This document shows positions 50,738 to 64,000 of a stretch of DNA of 64,000 nucleotides, in pieces. The position numbers were made by a program, and so were the translations under genes. The notes beneath the pieces were generated by a model that saw nothing but the letters and a program-made list of their open reading frames with translations, had not been told where the DNA came from and made no database searches. Position 1 is the first letter of the stretch; every line of letters begins with the position of its first letter. This DNA is from the human T2T-CHM13v2.0 reference genome, Homo sapiens: assembly GCF_009914755.1 (NCBI RefSeq), contig NC_060934.1; one strand, written 5' to 3'.

Positions 50738-52614
50738 ATAAGATTAAACTCATCTATTCGAAACATGGATTCTCAGGCTGTGTTTTTTTACATTTTTGTT
50801 TTGTTTTGTTTTGTTTTTAAAGCAAGCTATCTGCTATGAAGTGTTAACAGAAAGGAAGTGGGTGTGGGAAGCGACCAGTAAGGCAGGGAGAGGTGCATGG
50901 GGTGGGGTGGAGGGCAGTACCAGGTAACTTGGAAGGAGGTCATGCACCTGGAAGATGCAGCCACCAGCCTCAGTGAGACAACAGCAAACCTAGCATGTCC
51001 CCAGGCATGGTGGGAACTTTGAACATACCTCACTCTAAAATTTGCATCAAACAGAATAAAAATCATGAAAATAAATAGATCTGAAATACAGATTTTAAGT
51101 TTGGGCTGCTGGGCAGATACAGAATCCTGTACCCCATGCGCCGGGCATTAACATTTTTTCCAGCACAGATGGAACATTTATAATACTGACCATGAAGGTG
51201 GCCACAAAGGAGGCTTCAACAAATAGCAGAGATGATAAGCAGGACATGCTCTCTAATCACAATGCAATAATGTTAGAAGTCAATCACAGGAAGACTGCCT
51301 TGAGCCCAGTTACATCTGGAAAACACAATAACTCACGGGCCCGAGGAAAAACGGTAATGGAAAATACAAAAGATATAAACCAAGCAATGATAGAAGCAGC
51401 ATATATTGACTCTCATGGGATGCAGGTAAAATGGCACTAGAGGGAAATTTATAACCTTAAGTGCTGTGTTAGAGAACAAGATAGAAGGCAAATTAATGAG
51501 CTCTGCGTTCAACAGCAGATGTTAGGAAAAGAGGCACAGAACAGGCTCAGGGAAGAGGCCGAAGGCAGAGCCGGGCTGGAGAAGGAGAGCTCAGGGAGGC
51601 TGAGAGCAGTGGCCTGGGGAAGGGGCCTGGGGCCGTGGGTCAAGGATGGAGTCCTGTTGGGAGTGTGGGGAGTGGGTCAGGGATGCTGGATTCAGCATTT
51701 GAGGATGGGCTGTGCTGTGTGGATGAACCATCAAGATAGACATCAGGCCCCCCAGAATTTGGCAAGACTGGAGGTAGAGCCAAGTGAATCCACGCCAGAG
51801 TCCTGGATTACTATGGGCCATGGCAGTGGTGTGGAGAGACCACTCAGACCTAATGAGCCTGCAAGACTGTGGGTTCCGTCTGCTTACAGGGGAGAGCTGG
51901 GATTTAAGGGAACAAAAGCCTTGGGGATAGGGAGCGGGCTGCTCAGGGGAAGTGGATATCAGTGAAAGCCAGGTTTTGTTTAAGGTGAGATGTCCGTGCA
52001 AGTTGAGTGGAGGGGTCATGGGGCACCTGTTTCTCTGAGTCCCCAGGGGGCAGGGAGAGGGATGGGTTAGGGCTGGGTGGGGACCAGGGTGGCTGGTGGT
52101 GGTCGTTATACCCAAGCACAGCAGGGTTGAGACTGACAAGCTCATCCAGCTTCTGAATCCTGATGGAGGCCCCAGAGCCTGGTGCCCTGGGGACTCTGCG
52201 GAGGGTGGTGCAGGAGCACGGCCCTCAGGTGCTGGGAGTGAGGTGAGCAGGGTCACCCCACACCTGGCCTGCCCCTCCTCCCTTGAAACCAGCGGTGTGT
52301 CTGAGCACTGGGCCTGAAAGCATGGCATCTGGAGGCCCAAGGCTAAGGCCCATGGCCTCCTCTGCCTGCTCTGCTTGTCCAGGGGCTGAGCTGTCCTGGT
52401 CTCTCCCTCTGCTCCTTCATGCAGAGGTCTTCAGAGCACCCTAATGTGTCCAATCAAGGCCAGGCTTGTTGGTGAGACACTCTCGGTCCCCAGCTCCATG
52501 CTAGATGTCTCCACCCTCAAAGGACCCAGCATCTCATGACTTCATGTCCCACTAGCAGTCCCTGTGCCCAGTTCACCCATCCCCACTGACCACCAATGTT
52601 TGATTTTTCCTTCA

Positions 52615-52746
52615 GAAGCATGTGAGGAAATGGATTGTTGATTAGCCTGATTCAATCATTCTACATTGTAAACATATCAAAGCATCACCTTGTATCCCAT
52701 AAATGTATACAATTATTATTTGTCAATAAAAAATAAAATTAAAAAA
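52615..52746 (+). mobile_element. Short L1MA 3' end
   Basis: 'catcaccttgtatcccataaatgtatacaattattatttgtcaataaaaa'. Confidence 0.8.
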
Positions 52747-53933
52747 GATTCAGTTCCCAGCTGCCTCCTCCAGGAAGCCTGCAGCACTCTCCCTTGCTGA
52801 GGACCAACTTTACACCAGTTCTTACCCTGGACCCTGCAGAGGGCAGAGGGCACTTGGGCTGCCCATCAGGGACACATCCATGCCTCTCTAGCTTTCTAGG
52901 AAGCTTCCTGTCTCAGCCCAGGACTTTGGGAAGGTGGAGGTAGTCACCTCCTACAGTCAGGACAGCTGCAGTTCAGAGGGAAGAGGCACAAAGTCCTCAG
53001 GTTGAAGTTACCCAGCTGGAATTTCCTTTCTCCCACTGAAAGAGGATGGTGATATTTGGGACTCAGGGTTGATGTCACCATGGGAGGTCTACTGGGACAG
53101 ATGCTGGGATGTTGAGCTCATGCCTGCAGCTGTACACAGTGGGCAGTGTGGCTGTGGCTCTGGGCACCTCTTTCCTTGGTGCCAGATGTGCTGCCTGGCC
53201 CTGTATGTAGGAGGCTGGACCTGCTGGGCCTTGTGGCAGGGCCTCAGGGTCCTTCTGGTCACCTCTTCCTCCCTGCAGGTGCCTCTGCTTTTGAGAAACT
53301 CAAAGCCAAGGACAGGTCACTGGATGTGCTGGGGGCACCAGGACTGGTGGGGTAGGGGGTCCTTGGTGCCAAGTTCACCCCAACCTCAGCAGGGAGAAGG
53401 GGCTTTGGAAAGGCCCTGGCCCAGGGAGGGGGCGGCCAAGCAGGCCTGGCTGGGGAGGCCCAGGCATTGCAGTTGGGCCAGGGGCCCGTGTGAGGGAGGC
53501 AGCCTCCCCTTCTCTAGGATGGGGCCAGTGCCCAGCTCTGCGAGACCCGTGTCCTGCACCCCACACCCCAGTGGAGCACAGCATGAGGCCCTCAGGCCCG
53601 ATCCCGTGGTTGCTGGTTCTGCGAGGAGATTTTGAATCCCCACTAGATTGTCTTAAGGTTCATAGGCATTTTTGGGTTTTCTATGTCTTTTTCAGACACG
53701 TTCCAAGTTTGGTCTCTTCAGGTTACTGTCTGTTTTGTCAGTTATTGGCAGAATAATGTTGTATAGTAATTTGTAAAATGTCTGTTATATTTAAAGTTAT
53801 GTCTCCATTTGATTTATTGTGTTATATGCTGTGCCATCCCTCTTTTCATTTTCTTGGTCAATTATTCTAGAGGTTGGTTTACTTTTATTAGTATTTTCAA
53901 AGAATCACCATTTTAATTTTGTTGACCCTTTCT

Positions 53934-56941
<3,008 letters not shown>

Positions 56942-57169
56942 TTGACCCTTTCTGTTTTATCTTTATTTTTCCATTTCATTAATTTTTGCTCAAATCTTGT
57001 GCATTTCTATCTGCAAGCTTATTTCTAAACTTTTATTAATGTCTTCATCTGGGCTCCGAATAGCCTTTCTTAATAGGTAAAGATTATAAATTCCTGTAGG
57101 GTGTTCTAGTGGCAGCCCTCAATTTTTGATATGTATTATTTTATCAGTGTTGAGTTACAAGCAGTTGCA

Positions 57170-57690
57170 TAGTATGAAGTCTTATGTGTCTCACTTTTTG
57201 CACTCAATATTTTGTTTGTGAGATGTTACATGTAGCCATAATTTATTTATTCTCAGATATTATACATAATCTTTCATAAATGAATATGTCACCATTTTTC
57301 CATCTCTCTGTTTGTGGATATCTGGCTTGTTTCCAATCTTTGGATATTATGAATAATGCTGCTGTGACCATCCTTGTACACAACTCTTGAGGTACATGTC
57401 CATACATTCATGTTGATTATGTATCTAGGAATGAAATCTCTGGGGCATAGGATATGCTTATGTTAAATTCTATTCCATGATGCCAACTGTTTTCCAAATT
57501 ATTTGTACAACATGCACTTTCTCCAGCAGTGTGTGAGTACCTACTTCTCCTCCAGTCTTGCCAATGCTTACTATTGTCAGTTTTTAAAGTTTTAGCCATT
57601 TGGCAGATGTATAATGGCGGCTCAAAGAGGTGTGAATTTACATTTTCCTGACTACTAATGTGGTTAAACAATTTTGTATGTGTGTATGAA
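57170..57690 (-). mobile_element. Old L1 (L1ME-like) 3' fragment
   Basis: 'attatgaataatgctgctgtg', 'tgccaactgttttccaaa', 'cattttcctgactactaatg'. Confidence 0.7.
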
Positions 57691-57698
57691 TTCCCTGC

Positions 57699-58075
57699 TG
57701 CTATGGTTTGAATGTCCCCTCTAAAACTCATGTGGAAACTTAATCCCCAATGTGGCAGTATTGAGAGGTGGGGGCCTTTAAGAGGTGATTGCATCATGAG
57801 GGCTCTGCTCCTAATTCATTCATGGATTAATGGGTTAGTGAATTAATACATTATCATGAGAGGCAAACAGGTGGCTTTATAAGAAGAGGAAGAGAGATCT
57901 GAGCTAGCACACTAGCATGCTCAGCCCCCTTGCCATGTGACACCTTGAGCCACCTTGGGACTCTGCACAGAGTCCCCACCAGCAGGAAAGCTCTCATCAG
58001 ATGTGACCCCTTGACTTTGGACTTCTCAGGCTCCATAACTGTAATAATTAAATTCCTTTTCTTTATACATTGCCC
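57699..58075 (+). mobile_element. MSTB LTR (MaLR), 3'-truncated
   Basis: 'tgctatggtttgaatgtcccct..aaaactcatgt', 'gagtccccaccagcag'. Confidence 0.88.
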
Positions 58076-58562
58076 TTCTTTGGGTAAGTCCTAGTTCAGG
58101 TCCTCCATATTCTTAATTATTTTCTGTCTACTAGTTCTAACAGTTGCTGAGAGGGAGATGTTGAAGTCTCCAACTATAATTATGAATTTGTCTCTCCTTT
58201 CAGCTCTGTCAATGTTTGTTTCATGTATTTTGAGGCACTGCTTTTGGTGCATATGCCTTTAGAATTGTTATGACTTCCTGGTGGATTTAATTATGGGTAT
58301 GTTAGAGCTTAAGACTACCATTTTGTTATTTGTTTTCTGTTTGTTTCCTCTGGTTATCATTCCTTTTTCTCTTTTATTGTTACTTGAATACTTCTTAGTA
58401 TTTCATTTTGACTTATTTATAGTGTTTTTGAGTGTATTTCTTCATAGAGTTTTTATTTTGGTTATTTCAATAGACATATGTGACTTATCGCAGTCTGCTG
58501 GTATCAATGTTTTGCCACCTTGAAGGACATGTGGAAACCTTTCTTCCATTTAGGTCCCTTAT

Positions 58563-58906
<344 letters not shown>

Positions 58907-59319
58907 TAATTTTTGTTTTGATCTTCAGATTCTTAAAATAAAACTCACATGAGAAACAATGGTCTATGGTTTGTACTCATATGCTTCGTTTTTATGTTGT
59001 TCTTTCTTATGCTCCATGGCTCCTTCTTTTATTATTTCCTTCCTGCTGAAGGTCTTCCTTTAGTCAATTTTTAAGGATAGGTCTGAAATTAACAAATTCT
59101 TCTAGCTTTCCTTCATCTGAGAATGTCTTTAGTGCCCCTTCATTTTGGTAAAATAGTCTTGCCAGATAGAGATTGTGGTTGACAGTTCTTTTCTTTCAGC
59201 ACCTGAAAAATGTTGTACCAGTTCCTTCTGGCCCTAAATATAAAAAAGATTTATTATGACAATATATCTTTTATAAGAGGTTATATCACCCATGGTTTCA
59301 AATAAGAAATCCACTGTCA

Positions 59320-59611
59320 AACCAAACACCGCATATTCTCACTCACAGGTGGGAATTGAACAATGAGAACACATGGACACAGGAAGGGGAACATCACACT
59401 CTGGGGACTGTTGTGGGGTGGGGGGAGGAGGGAGGGATAGCATTGGGAGATATACCTAATTCTAGATGATGAGTTAGTGGGTGCAGCACACCAGCATGGC
59501 ACATGTATACATATGTAACTAACCTGCACATTGTGCACATGTACCCTAAAACTTAAAGTATAATAATAATAATAATAAAAAGAAAGAGTAAAAAAAAAGA
59601 AAAAGAAAAAA
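59320..59611 (+). mobile_element. Young 5'-truncated L1PA (L1PA3-like)
   Basis: L1PA 3'UTR with G-tract and 'gatgagttagtggg' (no L1HS-Ta ACA), A-rich tail; perfect 16-bp TSD aagaaatccactgtca (59304-59319, 59612-59627). Confidence 0.95.
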
Positions 59612-59794
59612 AAGAAATCCACTGTCATTCAAATGGCACTTGTAGGTAAAATGACATTTTTTTTTCTGGTTGTTTTCAATATTATTGTCTTTAGTTTTAA
59701 TAAGCTCAATTATGATGTGTCTTCATTATTACATATGTATAGATGACCTGTTGGCCCTGTTTCTCTGGAGAACCCTGACTCTTACATGGTCTAT

Positions 59795-60600
59795 GAGCCT
59801 AGAATATTTTGTTGTGCCAGAAAGTATAGGAGTCCTAGAAAACTGATTAGGGCAAAACAAAGGACCCAGGATCCAGCTTGATGAGGCTCCCACTGGCCAG
59901 ATCTGAGATAATCTGAGCATAAAAATGAATAATGACAGGATTGTAACCCGGTGACTAAGAACAGGATACATGCTATCATTTTAAGTTATAAAATGAATGA
60001 ATGAACATTCTTTTTTACAAGGAATGGTGTGGAATTAGAAAACCACCATTTTGTAGCCACCATTGGAATAATTGATTCAGGCAGAAAACATCAATGGATG
60101 TTCAAATCATTAGATGGAAGTTAAATGAGAAATAGATTTATTTATATGAATTACTTTTTAATTTTAAAGGGGAAAAAAGATACCATTACAATGGGAAAAT
60201 CTGGCAGATACTACCATGATATTGAATGAAGGTTAGTAACATGAGTAACAAGACAAACCAGCATCATGTTGATGTCCTGAGAAGAATACAGCACCATTCC
60301 TGCCAGAAATGCATGGCCCAAATCTAATCACAAAGGAACATCAAACTCAAGTAAAACACATTGTACGGAACAGTGGCCTGCACTCTTCAACGATGTCAAA
60401 AATCAATGTTAAATTAGATAATTATATTATGGTTATATAAGAGAATGTCCTTGTTTTGAGACACAGGCTGAAATGTTTGGAAATGGTTGTGATATCTGCA
60501 AGGTATTCTTAAATGTTACAAAGAGAGAGAGAGCGCGCGCACAATAGAGCATAGGCAGGACAAAAATGTTACCTGATGACTCCAGGCAAAGTGTTTTTGG
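59795..60600 (+). mobile_element. L1MC3/4-like 3'UTR fragment
   Basis: 'gtgccagaaagt', 'ggctcccactggccagatctgagataat', 'gagaatgtccttgtttt'. Confidence 0.65.
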
Positions 60601-60754
60601 AGGTGGACTGTGTTACTCCTAAAACCAAGTGTGTTCTGCCAGCTCAGGGATTCTGGGCTGCTTGGATTTTTGAAACAAACACACACTCATCAGAGGGCTG
60701 TAAACAGTGCAGGTGATGCCTGAACACAGCTGACTGCTATCTTGGTTTAAAAAT

Positions 60755-60985
60755 GCAGACTCTGGAGCTGGATGGTTGAATCTCTATTACACCCCCAATT
60801 TGTGTGATCTTGGTCAAGTTCATTGACTTCTTTAGGCTTCAGTTCCCTCATCTGTAAAACAGTATGAGAATAGTCGCTGTGTTCTAAGATTGCTTTGAAG
60901 ATTAACATGAGTCGGTAATATCTATAATGCTTATAAGGGTGCCTGGCACACAGTAACGATGAATAAATGCTAATTATTGTATTTA
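60755..60985 (+). mobile_element. MIR
   Basis: Core 'tgtgtgatcttggtcaagtt..ttcagttccctcatctgtaaaa' and 3' 'gtgcctggcacacagtaa'. Confidence 0.85.
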
Positions 60986-61326
60986 CTATTAGTAGTAATT
61001 GGACAGGCAGCAAAGAAGATCCTTCAACTTTCTGTCTCTTAATGGTCTGAAACTTCCATCTGTTACTATTTAAAAGAATTTGGGTAAGTCCTCGTACAGA
61101 AAATGAGTCTTTCTTAATTTCGGAATGATGGTAAAACATTGGGTTTTAGTCCCACCAGTATTTTCTACCTGGAAAGGAACTGAGCCAGCTGGGTGGGCAG
61201 TACAGAAATGGAAGGAGGGAGTAGGGAACTGATCCTGCTTGCAAAGACAAAAGAACAAGGAGACCCTGGGGAATGCAGAACCTGGCACCATTTTTCTTCA
61301 ACTACCATGAAAATAGACAGACTGCC

Positions 61327-61669
61327 TGATACGGTTTGGCTGTATCCCCACCCAAATCTCAACTTGGATTGTGTCTCCCAGAATTCCCACTTGTTGTAGG
61401 GGGGACCGAGGGGAAGGTAATTGAATCATGGGGGCTGGTCTTTCCCATGATAGTGAATAAGTCTCATGAGATCTGATGGGTTTATCAGGGGTTTCCACTT
61501 TTGCTTCTTCCTCATTTTCTCTTGCCACCACCACGTAAGAAGTACCTTTCACCTCCCACCATGATTCTGAGGACTCCCCAGCCATGTGGAAGTGCAAGTC
61601 CAATTAAACCTCTTTTTCTTCCCAGTCCCAGGTATGTCTTTATCAGCAGTGTGAAAACAGACCAATACA
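61327..61669 (+). mobile_element. THE1 (A/B-like) solo LTR
   Basis: tgatacggtttggctgt...accaataca; 5-bp TSD ctgcc. Confidence 0.95.
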
Positions 61670-62120
61670 CTGCCTGACACTCTTTGATGAATAGTTTTTG
61701 CGTCAAAGAGTAAATTGGGAGTAAAATAACAGAAGATAAAAACAAAATATTTTGGAACCAAAAGAAGAATGCCTAAGCTATGCTCAGTAGTACATTCATA
61801 GTTTTAAATGGCCTTAAAATTTAAAAGAGAGAGTTTCATGAACCATTATGCTTATATCTTGGTTCTTCCAAAGTGCTGCTAAAGTCTTAGCCTGCTGCAA
61901 TGAGTACCTGGGCAGGTATGTGAAATACTCCACCTTGGTAGAGATAACAGAAACATAACCTTGACCTTCCCATTAAAACTAAAGGGAAAATTCGACTGAA
62001 GTTTTCAAGTAGTACCCTTAAGGAATCACACATAGAAGGTACTCAATAAATATTATAGCTTGAATAAATAAAACAATGCCACTGAGAGCCTCAAGGGTCT
62101 GGAGTACTCTCAGATAACTG

Positions 62121-62555
62121 GCGTATTAGTTAGATGTTGCTCTGTAACAAACCACTTCAAAACTTAGAAGTTACCCAGCTGGAAATTTCCTTTCTCCCAC
62201 TGAAGATGGGAGCCTATTTTAGGGGCCTAAAATAGTAACCTTTTATTATTTCTCATGAGTCCACAGGACGATGGGGCACTTCTGCTACTCTGGGCTGGAT
62301 GTGGCTGATCTTAACTGGCTCATCAGTGATCAGCCAGTGGATTGGCTGGGCCTGGCTCATCTCAGATGACTTCAGCCCTCCTTCCCATGTCCTGCACATC
62401 CCTTCAGCAGGCTAAGCTGGGCTTGTTCTTATGGCAGTGCCAGAGGTCCAAGAAATGAGTGAAAATGCACATGTGCTTTTCCAAGCCTCTGATCCCATCC
62501 TGCTGGCCAAAGCATGTCACAGCATCAAGCCCAACATCATTTTGGGAGGGCCCTA
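62121..62555 (-). mobile_element. MLT1 LTR (MaLR) containing a foreign ~50-bp insert
   Basis: 'tgtaacaaaccacttcaaaacttag', 'tttattatttctcatgagt', 'cagcaggctaagctgggcttgttctt', 'ggccaaagcatgtcac'. Confidence 0.75.
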
Positions 62556-62659
62556 CTTAAACGAATGGCAAGAGTGATATATGAAAAATTGGGCCAATTT
62601 CTGCATGAATCCTCTATGATTGGGAATCACGTAGATAAGTGTTTTGGGACAGTTCATCC

Positions 62660-62717
62660 AAATGACAGACATAAAATAATGAAATGTGAAATGACAGACA
62701 TAAAATAATGAAATGCG
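62660..62717. repeat. 29-bp tandem duplication
   Basis: aaatgacagacataaaataatgaaatg(t/c)g x2, 28/29 identical. Confidence 0.95.
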
Positions 62718-63196
62718 TGGCCATCTCCTTACCACAGTTGATTCTAACCCAGTTGTTGAATTATTTGCCATACCTCACTCAGTTCAGCATGGCTATCAGT
62801 ATGATGCACCCTTCTATGTCTCTGAGGATTTATAAGAGATCTAAATTTTTTAAAAAGAAAGAAACTGGACTGCCATCCAACAGTTCACAAAAATCAATTT
62901 CAGATATATCAAAGACCCAGAGGTAAAAAGCAAAATTTCAAAGCTTTCAAAATTAAATGGGGGTGGGGGAATCTCTTAATATCCTTAGAGTAGAAAAAAT
63001 TCTTTAAAAAGACACAAAATGCACTATCTATATAGGACGCATTTTCAAATCTAGCCATATTGAAATTGATGATTTTTGTTAATCAAAAGTTACCTCAAAG
63101 GGAATGTTTTTAAAAGTCATGATATGAGATAAAATATTTGTAGCACATGTAACCAACAAGTGACTAGAACCTGGGTACATAAAGAACTCCTGTAAA

Positions 63197-63393
63197 CAGT
63201 GTTGTGCTGGAAGATGTTTAACAACTGACTCTCAGGCCCTAAAAGTCCTTATTTTTAGCATTTGCTTGTTTCCAGGATATAAACACTTCCATGTGGCCAA
63301 TTTCAAGCCACTAAGGTAAGGTCACCAAGCAGGGCCTTGGGGATAGATGGTCGCAGTTGGCTCTCACAAGGCAGGTATAAAGGCTGCAGCACA
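63197..63393. mobile_element. MER63-like hAT element
   Basis: 'gtttaacaactgactct', 'tagcatttgc', 'atttcaagccacta', 'gcagcaca'. Confidence 0.6.
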
Positions 63394-63427
63394 AAAGTCA
63401 ACATGAAAAACAAAACAACCCAATGGG

Positions 63428-64000
<573 letters not shown>

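Larger units (their letters stand above)
48540..51560 (+). mobile_element. Old L1 (L1ME-like) ORF1-ORF2 region, interrupted by Tigger2a and an LTR
   Basis: ORF1-like 'atatttgaagaag..cagagaatttccaagaact'; ORF2 endonuclease remnant LSNHNAIMLEVN (51192..51440); 'agagggaaatttata'. Confidence 0.7.

Overview
This is hominid (human or great-ape-type) non-coding DNA, judged from a full-length SVA, many Alus and an L1PA3-like insertion. I see no credible protein-coding exon, RNA gene or CRISPR array. The recognisable ORFs in the track are decayed TE proteins (Tigger2 transposase, ERVL integrase/dUTPase, L1 ORF2); the rest look like chance ORFs in GC-rich, Alu or simple-repeat DNA. Most of the window is nested transposable elements: L1M/L1PA, Alu, SVA, ERVL/MLT2, ERV1 and MaLR LTRs, Tigger/Charlie DNA transposons, MIR and L2. 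A GC-rich, TE-poor block at ~38-48 kb may hold enhancers. I cannot support a new biological system here. The most notable observations are: (i) two orphan CpG islands (~4.2-4.8 kb, ~33.2-34.5 kb) built partly from ancient AT-rich TEs by strongly AT->GC-biased substitution, the second with a CTCF-like motif; (ii) a ~38-bp copy of unique DNA inserted 9.2 kb away inside an MLT1 LTR; (iii) a ~31-nt poly(A)-tailed retrocopy of an unidentified RNA inside a Tigger2a; (iv) several local rearrangement scars. Repeat names come from recalled consensus sequences and need RepeatMasker/Dfam confirmation; boundaries of old elements are approximate. The locus was not identified.
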